Source: Eledone cirrhosa
Taxonomy: Eukaryota
Direction of reading: 5' to 3'
Assembly: GCA_964016885.1 (NCBI GenBank)
Contig: OZ024743.1
Coordinates: forward strand, 28,396,001 to 28,460,000
Length of the DNA stretch: 64,000 nucleotides
The position numbers were made by a program, and so were the translations under genes. Shown in pieces: positions 1-12,429 of this stretch. Each line of letters starts with the position of its first letter. Positions within the stretch are counted from its first letter, which is position 1. Below the pieces are notes generated by a model. It was not told the DNA's origin, ran no database searches, and worked only from the letters and a program-made list of their open reading frames with translations.

Positions 1-1437
1 CATGGAGCCAGTTTCGGAAGGAGGGGGGTTTTTCTCCTTTCTCAGGGTCTTCTCGTTGCAGAAGGCCCTGAGGTGAGTCTTCGATCCACAGCGAAAGCAT
101 TTCAGGCGTTTGCCCTCAACACTTATGGGCAGTTGAGTGCCGTTATCGAAGTCTATCACATCCGGGATAGCTTCGATGCACTCCTGGTTGGTTTGGATTA
201 ACATCTCAATGGAGGTGCCGACCCAATCTTCTCTTACTTTTTTCTGTAGTTGCAGTACAGTTGTTTTGTCCTCGATTCCGACGAGGACAGACGCGGCCAG
301 CCAAGAAGGGGCCATCCCGGGGGGGACGTGGGTCAGTTTGACCCTCACAATTTTTTGCCCGCAGTAGGAGGGCACCAACACCATTTCCTCGCTCCTTAGG
401 GTCACTAAGGATTGAGCCTTTGCCTCCTGGGGTGTGGCAAAATGTACGTCTACGGTGGCATATTTCTTGCCTCGGGTGATGTGCGTTTTCCGCTGCCACA
501 CAGACCCCCAAGGTTTTTTGTATTTGAGCCTCTGTGGCTCTTTCAACCCTGCGGGATTTTGTACTTACTGTACGGTACGTGACCGTATAGTGCTGTTGGG
601 TTTCGAAAAAATTTTCCGCTGCCTTGCAGAATGCTCGGTGTCTAGTTTTTGTCACCATCTTCTTCGCTTCCTCTAATTCCTCATTTGTTATGAGGATGGT
701 TTCCAGGTTCTTCGCAATACCTGCACACGCGATTGGTTTTTCTTTGCTGCTGCTGTTGTTGTTGTTGTTGTCGTCAGAGCTGCTGTTACTTTTGTTGTTG
801 CTGCAGGTACTACGACTACTGCCGCCGCCGCTGTTGCTGTGGTTGTTGTTGTTGTTGCTGCTGCTAATGCTGTTGTTGTTTATGCTGCTGCTGATGCTGA
901 TGGGGCTGCTACTGTTGTTTTCATTGTCACTGTTGCTGTTGTTATTACGGCTGCTACTGCTATTATTCCTGACGTCAGACGAATGAAATGGGTTTTCGTA
1001 TTTCCCGCACACCTGTTTCGTCGTTGTCGTCGTCGTCGTGGAGAAATCTTGCACGCTTTGCACGAGACTTTTCTTTTCTGTCGTCGCTTGCGAAAGAGAA
1101 GGGAGGGAGAGAGACACATTTAAAGAAGGGAGGGAGAGAGACAATCTTCTCTCTGCTGTAGTGACGATTGAGGAAGAAGAAGACGGAATGAGTGGGAGTG
1201 ACCTATGAAAATTCTTTTTCGTAGCCATGTTGTTTTTTTGTTTAAAATAAATATTGGGCACAAAACCCCAATAAGCAGTTATTTAACCCCGAAGGGCCAA
1301 ATAACGAGCAGAAAGACCCCTCTCACGAGGAGGAGGGTGTTTTTGTCTACAAGTTGGTTAAAGTTTTAAACAATTTACAATTGTTATAGCGGTCAAAATT
1401 TACAATACCTTACAGAGCCGAGCCTCCGTCAACCATA
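1..1437 (-). mobile_element. L1/Tx1-type LINE 5' end with frameshifted ORF1 (gag-like, CCHC zinc knuckle); runs off the window start
   Basis: ORF 206-1261 (-) has a low-complexity N/S-rich insert. Another minus frame at ~58-99 reads CFRCGSKTHLRAFC (CX2CX4HX4C), preceded by VLVPSYCGQKIVRVKLTHVPPG. The 5' end abuts a (TAA)n tract at ~1445-1520. Confidence 0.7.
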
Positions 1438-1443
1438 GCATTC

Positions 1444-1511
<68 letters not shown>

Positions 1512-2599
1512 TAATAATAAGAAGAAGAATAAGAATAAGGGAAGAAGACGCACGAGGTGGTAGAAGGTCATGAAATCGCTCCCGTAAGTTTTTGATTTTT
1601 AACATATTTAAATCAATTGTGAAATAACAATTCTTAGTACAAATAATGCATAAACCACCGAATCAAGTCTCATAAAATTTCTGATCCATAATATATTGTT
1701 ATATCGCTCAAATATTCAATTTTGTATTATATATTTTATATTCAAAAAAGAAAATGATTATAAATGGAAGAAAATTCCCTCTGTCTACACTATAGAGAAC
1801 AGCCAAATAACAGCAATTTCACCAACACCAGAAACGTGATACACCACCTATCCCATCACACCGCTGTGTACACTAAATATAACAGCCAGATAACGGCAAT
1901 TTCACCACCACCAATCCCAGCATCATAATTTAATTACTATTATTATTGTCTCAAGTTTTAACAAAATGTTTAATTCCAATTTCACGGGAATATCTCAACA
2001 CATATATTAAACATACGCGACACAAACGCATAGATACTACAGATCAAACAAAACTAGTCTATACAACACAGATATTAAACATACGCGACACAAACTCATA
2101 GATACTACATAGTCCACTCAACAAAACTCAGTAACGACAACGCCACCACCGCCACCACTCCATCCATCATTGCTACCACTACCCCATCACCGCCGCCACC
2201 ACTCCTTCATTGCTACCACCACTATTCCCCTGTTATGTTAACTTAAGAAAGGGGAAGGTGGCGGTATCACTAAACAAGGGAGAGGCTAGCAAAAGATATA
2301 AATAGATTGACTTAGTGACCTGGCCACCGGCCAAACGTCAACAACTATGGCACTGCTGGCTCCCCCCTTCCTCACCAACAATATAAAAAGCCCCAGCACC
2401 ACCACCGACATAGCCAACAACAATAACAGGCAACTTCAGCAAAAAGTATATTATATTATTGTAATGCACTGGGTGAATGTTGGCCTTGTGCCTGGAGTGG
2501 AGACAATTATTGTTATTAATAATTTCATTCTTAAGCCACGCAATGCTCACATTAAGGAACCACTCATGATAATAACAATTTAAAAAAACAACAAAAAAG

Positions 2600-5500
2600 A
2601 AAACCCCGTGACCAAGAAATACCGGGATGGCGGCCGGCGGGGAATAGCCGTGTCTCTAGGGGAGAACGACCCCTCTAGTCTTGGTTGACACTCGTTCTAG
2701 AAGTGGTAACACGAAATGATTAGCCCTTGGCGGATAAGGATAAAACGCGACAAAATAAAGTAAATGTCTAATGATAAAATCTCATACCGGATCGGCCGTC
2801 ACCCGGGTAAAAAAGGGCCGCGTCCCTCAGAGAGGAACCAGGCTGGGGTCGAAAAATCAGCTAATGGTTCAAACCTTCCCATCACTTCGGAGCTGGAGAC
2901 CTCCCATAACCGGAATACTCCTACTGTTAGCCCTCCATGCTCACCACCAAGAAATCCAAAGAAAAAGAGAGAAAAATGGTCAAGGGAAGATAATAAAGAA
3001 GTCCTTGAGGCTTTCTACACTGCCATGTACTACCCATCAAATACATCGAATACAGAACAGACATATATCAACTGGAAAAAGAAACATTCCGAAAACAGAG
3101 TCTATATTTACAGTAACAAACTAGCCAATATACGAAGAAATATTGTAAAAAAAAAGTTACTAACTGATATAGAAATTGATCAGATCAAGCTATTAGCACA
3201 AAGTCAGCGAAGGGAAAATGAAACATGTGTCAGTGAAAACGAGGTAAATTGTAACACTTCGAATCCCAGGGTTGGGGCGGAATCACTGGCAACAGAACAA
3301 ATTAAAGAAAGGATCGAAAAAGTGGAGGGAGTGCATGCTCAAGATGAAACTCCAAATGAAAATAATGAGATCGTAAATGATAAAGAAATGAATGAGAATG
3401 AACTTGCCAACTTGAAGGATGAAATTATGATCGAATGGATGAAAATGAAAGAATCTGACATGGGGCAACGAGACACCCTCCCTAAGATCCAGAACTCCAA
3501 ACAGAACCAAAAGATAATACACAAGACTAACATAATTCTCAAAAACATTATCATCACAAACAAACTAAACATTACTGATTTAAATCATCTCTATTATGCA
3601 TCGGCTAAAGTCACCACTCACTTATGTGGAGTGAAGATGAAAATACAAAGGAATTCTCACAAGAAATCTACTTGGCAAGAGAACATCAATCGCCAAATAA
3701 ACCTTCTCCGATCTGACATAGAAATTTTAACAAACTATAAAGTAGGTGAACATGTTAAACAAACTAAACTTAGAAAATTGAAAAGAAAGTATAGTATAAA
3801 ATCAACAAGTGACATAGACATGCTGATAGAAATAATCAAGCAAAAAGTGTCGGCCAAAGCTGCTCGTATAAGGCGCTTTGAAAAACGATCTAGATTCTAT
3901 AAGGACAATAATATGTTCAAAAACAACCAAAGAAACTTCTACAGAAAAATTGGTAAGTCAACAATAACTGCTAAATCAATACCACCCAAGGAGGAAGTGC
4001 AAGAATTCTGGGAAAAGATCTGGACCGAAGAAAAAGTTCATAACATACATGCCCCATGGATAGACAGACAAATGAAAGATACAGCTCACCTTGAGGAACA
4101 AATATGAGAAAACATAACAGTTGAACAGTTGCGCTTGGCTCTAAGAAAAACCAGCAAATGGAAATCCCCAGGAAAAGACAAAATACAAAATGTTTGGATA
4201 AATGCCTTCACAGAGTCTCATGAGCTGTTAGCCCAACTTTACAATGAAATAGTTAAGGAGCCAGAAAAGATACCATCATGGCTAGTTAACGGCATTACAT
4301 TCCTGCTTCCGAAGAATGATGAGACAAACAATCCCCAAAATTACAGACCGATAACTTGCTTGACCACAATGTATAAAATTTTAACATCAGTCCTAACTGA
4401 ATACACATATGACCACCTGATAACAAATGACCTATTTCCCATTGAGCAGAAAGGGTGTAAACGAGGCTCATATGGCTGAAAGGATCAGCTTTTGGTTAAC
4501 AAAATGATACTGGAAGATTGTCATAATAGACACAAAAATCTATCAATTGCTTGGATAGACTATAAAAAAGCATTAGATAGTTTGCCACACAGTTGGATTG
4601 AAAAATGTTTAGAGATTTTCAAAATATCCCCCGTTGTCAGGAGGTTTTTGTCATTCAGTATGAAGACATGGAAAACGACACTCCTTTTGAATAGTGAAAC
4701 AAAATCACTGGAAGCTGGAGAAGTTAATATTAATTGTGGAATTTTTCAGGGTGACTCTTTATCACCGCTTTTATTCTGCATCGCACTTATACCATTAAGT
4801 AAAATGCTCAATGAAACAAAACATGGATATAGAGTCTATGACAAAACCATTAATCACTTGTTCTACATGGATGACCTGAAACTATTTGCAAAAAATGATG
4901 AACAATTGCAAGGGCTATTATCCACTGTGGAGCAGTTCAGTGATGACATTAAAATGGAGTTTGGACTAGATAAATGCGCCAAAGCAACGTTCACCAGAGG
5001 AAAGCTGCTGAAGAGTTCAGACATTAATCTTGATCGGGGGAACGTGATAAGAGAACTTGATCAAGAAAAAACTTACAAATATCTAGGTGTTTGTGAAGGA
5101 GACGGAATCAAGCACTCTACAATGAGGGAAAGGATAAGGAAGGAATGTTACCGCAGAGTAAGAGCAATCTTAAGAACGGAATTGAATGCAAGGAATAGGA
5201 TCGATGCCATAAACACGCTTGCCATACCAGTAGTAACCTACAGTTACAATATCATCAACTGGTCAAGCACAGAGATCCGTAGGCTCGATACAAAAATTCG
5301 AAAATTCTTAACCATGCACAGAATGCATCACCCTAAGGCAGATATAGATAGAATATATCTCCCTAGGAAAGAAGGAGGACGTGGGTTAGTCCAGTTAGAC
5401 ATTGCGTTGAAAACTGCAACAATTGGATTATCTACATATCTAAGGGAATCACATGATTGGATGATCAAACTCGTTTTGAAACACGAAAGCATCAAAAGAT

Positions 5501-6555
5501 CATATTCCATTACAAAAGATGCAATAAGATACAGTGATGGACTACAAATTTCAGAAGTCCCATTTACTGCTGAAATGGAAAACACAGAAAAAGCAAAGCA
5601 GGTAAAAGTAACTGCAAAGAAAGAACTGCTACAGAAACTGGCTAAGAAATGGCAAGAAAAGCCTCTGTATGGAAAATACCCAGAGCGAGCTAACAATCCT
5701 GATGTTGACAAAACTTTAACCCATCAGTGGTTGGCATCCTCTGGACTGAAATCGGAGACTGAAGGACTGATTATATCAGCACAAGATCAGTGTCTGCCAA
5801 CAAAAAATTACCAAGCCAACATAATAAAAAATGGATGCAGCCCATTATGCCGTGTATGCAAAAAACAACCAGAGACCATTGACCATATAATTTCAATGTG
5901 CAGTCCTATAGCTCCAACCGAATACCTAAACAGGCATGACAGAGCTGCACAATACATACATTGGATAATGTGTAAGCATTTTGACCTGCCCCATCAAAAG
6001 AATTGGTGGGAGCATCAACCACCTCCCATACTTGAAAAAGATCACATCTTGTGGAACTTTAGCATCTAAACAGACCGAAAAATAGATGCAAATAGACCTG
6101 ATATAATATTGAAGGACTTTAAAAAGAGGGTATGCCTGCTAATTGATATGTCCGTTCCAATAGACAAGAATGTATCTATAAAAACATTTGAAAAATTGAG
6201 CAAGTATAAGGACCTGGAGATAGAAATTGGAAATATGTGGAAATTGAGAACTAAAACAATACCAGTGGTTGTAGGCGCTCTGTGAATGATACCTAAGGGG
6301 TCTAATGATTACTTATCGCAAATCCCAGGAAACCCGCGTATAGGAGAAATACAAAAGATAGTACTAATGGGAACTGCCCATATACTAAGGAAGATTCTGT
6401 CAATATAAGTACATCACAAGTCTAAACACTAAAGATGCATGTGTGAGTATGTATGTTCTTTCTTGAACATGGCGGACCTTGTTGTCTCTTGAGGTCACTG
6501 GTTGTGACTTGGTGATAACTCGTATGAACATAAAGCAAGATAAATGCAACTGTAA

Positions 6556-6570
<15 letters not shown>
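2600..6570 (+). mobile_element. Near full-length R4/Dong-type non-LTR retrotransposon (RT + CCHC + restriction-like endonuclease), inactivated by stops
   Basis: ORFs 2764-4107, 4129-4479 and 4492-6069 are in one frame. RT motifs WKSPGKD, NYRPITCL, WIDYKKALDSLPH, GIFQGDSLSPL and FYMDDLK are present, then CRVC..ETIDHIISMC, RHD and RPDII (RLE, ~6094). The element ends in (TAA)n, the known Dong target. Confidence 0.92.
2764..6420 (+). pseudogene. R4/Dong RT-RLE polyprotein with 4 in-frame stops (~4105, 4477, 6067, 6283)
   Basis: The reading frame continues through single stop codons that replace the expected W, C, Q and G residues. Confidence 0.85.
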
Positions 6571-6586
<16 letters not shown>

Positions 6587-6692
6587 CTTATTGGCAACAT
6601 GACCCTCCCAAAGTATAACAATATCGGTTTCAACACACGATTTCAGATAAAGAATCTTGCTAAATAAATTCAGAAACGAAATAATAATATTG

Positions 6693-7905
6693 ATTTCTTT
6701 ATTGGCCACAAGGGCTGACATCAAGAAAAACATCACAGACGGAACAGGACGGAACAGGGTTTTGTGCGTGTAAATATTTTTCTTATTTATATAAGAAAAG
6801 AAAAAAGACATAAAACATATATATATATAAACTTTAAAATGAAAATTGAAACAATGAAAAATTCCCCAATAGGGGGAAAACCTCCGAGGGTTACTCGTGG
6901 CGAAAACCACACAAAAGACCACGGCCACCCTGACCACCAGGGCAAGGGCCCTCTCTCAATTTTTCCATTTCTCAAACTACAGACGTATATTCAGAGCGGT
7001 CCCGTTCACTCGGACCATTCTCGCTACATTCACCCACCTTTCAACACACTTGCTAGAGGGCAGCACTTGCCTCTCCACCCTGATTTTCCTCTTCAAGTGA
7101 AACTTGAAAAAGTTAATTAGGGATTCGCCGAAGAGGAAAGTGTCTGCCTTTAACCCTTTTAACCTTGTCCACCACACAATCTCTTTCGCCATGGCCACCA
7201 GGCAGATGAAAATGGCCTGCCCTTCCTCCTCGAAGGAAGACGGCGAGACCATCTGCACAATGGACTCAGTCGATAACCGGATCAGTCCTACACGCGACAG
7301 CAACTGATCGACATAGCTCCACAAGTCAGCAATGCTCGGGCACTGAAGGAGTGCGTGCATGACGGTTTCGTCGCTCTGCACGCATCTCGGACAGGCTCAG
7401 CTGACGGCACTTCCGTGCCAGTAGAGCTTATCTCGAACCGGCAGCGCTCTCCGGTAGCACTGCCAGGCCAGGGATTTTTGGAAGTTATCCATAGGCCCTG
7501 GCCTGAAAGTTCTCCGGAAGAGAGCAAACAGCTGATCTTCTTCGACGCCCAGGATCTCTCCGAGAATGTCGTCGCTCATCCTCTCCACTAGCCCTTTATA
7601 GAACGCCGAGGTGGATGTTACACCGATACTGGTGCCCAGCTGGCAGAGGGCAGAGAGCGCCTGGAGACATTTCAGTTTCCAAGCGCTATCCCTCGGTCTT
7701 TTTCTGACCCAGGACTGCAGCTCCGTCAAGGAGACGAGCTGTGGGAAAACCTGCCTGGCGAACGGTGACCACACGTGTTCACCATCAAGGAAGCAAGCCT
7801 CAGCGCATGTTTGCGCATCATCAGCGATGGCATGCCCAGTCCTCCACGCAACGGGTGTTGACAGCAGATGGATCGTCTGACCATGGGCGCTCGTCCCTTC
7901 CACAA
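6693..7905 (-). mobile_element. 5'-truncated L1/Tx1-type LINE: ORF2 C-terminus (zf-RVT region) and 3' UTR
   Basis: Peptides GGLGMPS, LAWQCYRRALPVRDKL and CPRCMQSDETVMHALLQCP are split over ORFs 7397-7903, 7726-7995 and 6977-7381. The 3' tail CCCTTGTGGCCAATAAAGAAAT lies at ~6693-6715. Confidence 0.8.
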
Positions 7906-9816
7906 AAAGCGGAAGAGGATGATAATAATAATGATAATAACATAAGCAAGAAAAGAAGGAATGAGAAGGTGAAGGAAAAGATGGATAGACTGCAATGTGA
8001 CAATTTAAAATTACTTCAACTTTGTTTATTTCTATATTTTAGTTAAATTTATATATTTTGTCATCTTAGAGTTTCAAATAAACCCAAATAGGGGGATATT
8101 ATCGATTTATGTTTAAATTTGATATTATAAATTGAATTCACACAGAAATTTGATTTTAGAAATTGCGTTTTCAATTTCAAATTGATTGAAAACCTTCGCA
8201 GTTTTTAAAAATCTATTTAGAATTGTAATTTAGATTTAAAGTTTTTAATATTTTCAACCAATGTGAAAATCGTAGATGAAAGGGTAATCTGTTGGCAAAC
8301 TCATACTACAACCGGTTTCAAATATTTGTGGATTTGGGAAAGGAATGATGATCTGAAATACGGAGGTAAGTATAGCTCTTCCTCAGGCTAGGAAGTTTAC
8401 TTTACAATTGCGTGATACTGGTTTTGTTTCCTCTTTGTGGATCTTCCCAACGTATTTTCTACTATAGCCCCAGACTAAGCTGTGGAAAGTGCTTTCTATT
8501 ACGGACTCATGAGTGAAACTGCACAGACGTAGATTGCACGTCGGGTGGATTATACTAATTTTAGGATCGTGGATTAACCGGTCATCTGTTTGTTTTTAGT
8601 GAAGTTTATTCTGTTGCTATGATCGGATCCGAACTCTAGCTTCAGGCTAATTCGGTATCCTGATGTGTTTAATCTAACTGTAGCAACACATGAGTTGTGA
8701 TCACTCCCTTTTCCAACTGTTCCTCCTTTTCCTTTACTGAGTCATAAAACATCCATTCCCCTTCCTTTAAAATATGGGAACGTATATATTGAAACGAAAT
8801 GAGTACCCCAAAAAAGATCTGGTAAATAGCAGAAACGGTAAAGAAATTAGAAAGAGTAGAGTGTAGTAACATTTTTAAATCTTAAAAAATCAATTAAAAA
8901 TACTATTCATGATAGTCAGACATTCTGTTAGTGTACAATAAATTATGCACGGATTAATCAATTACTTAAATTATTTCCCACGTTTTACAAATTGACTAGC
9001 ATTTCTATATTCGCCGCTTGTTTCGGTTATGTATTTTATGATGTGTATTCAATTTATTGGGTTTTTCAACTGAAATATCAAGGGAATTGAAAAGTAAATG
9101 ACAAAAATAAAATAGTGTTCAATTTTTTAAAAATGCTATTGTAGACTAATACCAAAATTCCTATTAAAACAAAACAAAAAAGAATATTTACATTAGTTTG
9201 CGGTGTTGATCAACTCAGGCGATTAACTTCATAAGATATGTATATGATAAGTTTAATATATAATGAAGAAATTTAGTGAAGCTAAGACGACTGCATATAA
9301 CGAAGATTGATGGGTGTGTTGTAATAAATTTTGTTGGTTTGTTTTTTCACTTGTCTTATTTAGGGAATTTATCAAAGTTTATTCAACATGTTATCTCCTT
9401 TTGATTTAACAATCCCATCTGAACCAATAAGATTGATGAGAAACACATTATATCTGCCTGTTCGAGTATATGTGAATGCTGTATTAATAATGATCATGAT
9501 TAAGAGGAAGAAAGTGAAGAAAGTAGAACTAGAGAAAGTAGATGACAGAGAGCTACAAAAAGGCAAAAAACAAAACAGAATATAGTAATTTGTGTTCTAT
9601 ACATCATTTTCGTTAACCATGTAAAATTTATGGCGTAAATCTATTGTAACATAAGCTGTAGGTGAGGTATTAGCTAATGTTGTGACATCGAAAGTAAGAA
9701 AAACAAAAAATACAGCAGTTATAGCCTAATTCTTATTACTACTACCACCACCACCAACAAAACTACTACTATTACTACTACTAGTAGTAGTAGTAGTAGT
9801 AATGGTAGTAGTAATG

Positions 9817-10031
9817 GTTTCTTTTATAGGCACAAGACCAGCAATTTGGGGGGGGGGGAAAGTCGATTAAATCGACACCAGTGCGTGACTGGTACTTTAT
9901 TTTATCAACCCCGTAAGGATGAAAGGCAAAGGTAACCTCGGCGGGATTTGAACTCAGATCAGAAAGGGCCGTAATTCTATGCTACAAAGCATGGCGTCCG
10001 ACCCTCTACCGATACTACCAATCCACCGCCC
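9817..10031 (-). mobile_element. tRNA-derived SINE (cephalopod-type, Nin/Deu-like core)
   Basis: A-box-like TGGTAGTATCGG, B-box GAGTTCAAATCC, core TTTGCCTTTCATCCTTACGGGGT.GATAAAATAAAGTACCAG and tail CTTGTGCCTA. More than 10 copies occur in the window. Confidence 0.85.
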
Positions 10032-10056
10032 TACTACTACTAGCGATAATAATAAT

Positions 10057-10163
10057 TGTTTCTACTTTAGGCACAAGGCCAGTAATTTGTAGGAAGGGGA
10101 AGGGAAAGTCGATTACATCGACCCCAGTGTATTACTGGTGCTCTATATTATCGACCTCGTAAG
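10057..10163 (-). mobile_element. SINE 3' fragment
   Basis: Core and tail of the same family; head missing. Confidence 0.75.
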
Positions 10164-10164
10164 G

Positions 10165-10640
10165 TCGTGTTTGAATAATCCAGTTGCTGTTCTTTACGCG
10201 CCGCAAACGATGCGTTAAACTTCCAGTATCCGATCCCTGTCTGCAGGTTTTATCCAGGTCATGAATTTGTGATCTGAATAACCGACCGTTTAAAATTGTG
10301 TGTAATTTCTGCTGCCTGTATCTGCTAACCTAATCAAAATCCTATCTGAATACGATCTAGATACTCAATGCGAATGGTCGTGGTCCACACTGGCGCATTT
10401 GGAAAATCTAGTGGGTACCTGTCAGACAGTTGCTTAGGTTCTTGAGGTGTTTGCACCGTCTATCCCTACACATATCTTAGCTACTCCTATACAATCCCAG
10501 TGGGTGTCTACTGATGTCGTTTATGTTAGAGGCTCCCAAATCGAAGGGGAAGCACTCCCTAAAGTATTATATTTTCGAAGAGACGTTCGGACCATTATTA
10601 GTGTTTCTGGCACTTGAAGTGTGCTGATTTCAAAGATCGG
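10165..10640 (-). pseudogene. Eroded L1/Tx1 ORF2 AP-endonuclease fragment
   Basis: Minus-strand peptides DRILIRLAD, VGYSDHKF and GYWKFNAS match the APE C-terminal motifs (DR, SDH, W(K/R)(L/F)N). Confidence 0.7.
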
Positions 10641-10683
10641 TCTCCCTCTCTCTTTCTCTCCCTCTCTCTCCATCTATCTATCT

Positions 10684-10750
<67 letters not shown>

Positions 10751-10813
10751 TCTCTTTTTCTATTTCTCTCTCCCCCTCTCTCTTTCTCTCACTTTCTCTC
10801 CCTCGCTCTCTCA

Positions 10814-10900
<87 letters not shown>

Positions 10901-11140
10901 TGATCGAGTATCGAAAAATCGGCGCACGAGTTCACGATAAACAAAATTCGAAATGAGCGGCAGAGGGCTCAATAGTTCAGATAAATCAGAGCTATAACTA
11001 TCGTTAAAATACCGTCACACATAGAACAAGTCTAAAATCAACCGTACGATAAAAAAAATCGATAATAGAAGATTCGGGACAATCAGATAAAAAATATCAA
11101 TAAATCAATAAATCAATAATTTAAATGAATGTAAAATCAT

Positions 11141-11276
11141 ACCCGGACCCACTAGAAAGGTGTTAAATCTAGCTTCTTGGGTTTCTGTAAATCCTTAGAC
11201 TGTACTCTATCAGCTCACATATAAATATATAAGACTTCTAGAACAAGCGGACTGGATATTTACTTCTTCAACGAGC
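11141..11276 (-). ncRNA. Variant type I hammerhead ribozyme (family A, copy 1)
   Basis: GCUCG-UUGAAGA-A GUAAAU(AU)CC...GG AUUUAC A-GAAA-CCCA...UGGG-UC^CGGGU. All three stems close. Confidence 0.7.
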
Positions 11277-11757
11277 TTCGTCCTAACGGATAAGAGGCTA
11301 ACTACAAGCAAAATACGCACATGGCATTCGGCAAGGGAGATAACCTCTACATCCGCGAAAACTATTCGAGGAAATGTGGAAATACACATATCGAATAAAA
11401 GTGCTCAATAGACATGTTAAAATAAAACAGGAGCTATTCATCACTCAATAGAATCGACAAAAAAGGAGCAATAAAATTAACTGGTGGATAGCTATGTCCA
11501 GAGCTAAAAATATTAGAATGATCGAGTATCGAAAAATCGGCGCACGAGTTCACGATAAACAAAATTCGAAATGAGCGGCAGAGGGCTCAATAATTCAGAT
11601 AAATCAGAGCTATAACTATCGTTAAAATACCGTCACACATAGAACAAGTCTAAAATCAACCGTACGATAAAAAAATCGATAATAGAAGATTCGGGACAAT
11701 CAGATAAAAAATATCAATAAATCAATAAATCAATAATTTAAATGAATGTAAAATCAT

Positions 11758-11893
11758 ACCCGGACCCACTAGAAAGGTGTTAAATCTAGCTTCTTGGGTT
11801 TCTGTAAATCCTTAGACTGTACTCTATCAGCTCACATATAAATATATAAGACTTCTAGAACAAGCGGACTGGATATTTACTTCTTCAACGAGC
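11758..11893 (-). ncRNA. Variant type I hammerhead ribozyme (family A, copy 2)
   Basis: Identical to 11141-11276. Confidence 0.7.
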
Positions 11894-12358
11894 TTCGTCC
11901 TAACGGATAAGAGGCTAACTACAAGCAAAATACGCACATGGCATTCGGCAAGGGAGATAACCTCTACATCCGCGAAAACTATTCGAGGAAATGTGGAAAT
12001 ACACATATCGAATAAAAGTGCTCAATAGACATGTTAAAATAAAACAGGAGCTATTCATCACTCAATAGAATCGACAAAAAAGGAGCAATAAAATTAACTG
12101 GTGGATAGCTATGTCCAGAGCTAAAAATATTAGAATGATCGAGTATCGAAAAATCGGCGCACGAGTTCACGATAAACAAAATTCGAAATGAGCGGCAGAG
12201 GGCTCAATAATTCAGATAAATCAGAGCTATAACTATCGTTAAAATACCGTCACACATAGAACAAGTCTAAAATCGATAAAAAAAATCGATAATAGAAGAT
12301 TCGGGACAATCAGATAAAAAATATCAATAAATCAATAAATCAATAATTTAAATGAATG

Positions 12359-12423
<65 letters not shown>

Positions 12424-12429
12424 ATTCCC

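Larger units (their letters stand above)
10893..12361 (-). repeat. Tandem array, ~617-bp non-coding unit x ~2.4 (family A), hammerhead-bearing, flanked by (TA)n
   Basis: TTAGAATGATCGAG recurs at 10895, 11513 and 12130. Copies are nearly identical and have no ORF. Confidence 0.95.

Noticed and set aside
4477-4479. TGA at a conserved Cys (GSYG*KDQL) suggesting selenocysteine recoding
   Set aside because: The other stops in the same ORF replace W, Q and G and include a TAA, which fits random decay. No SECIS was seen.
11385-11450. GTGATGA...GATA on the minus strand as another hammerhead
   Set aside because: It has two core mismatches and no closing stem I, and it is not conserved in the 29k homologue.
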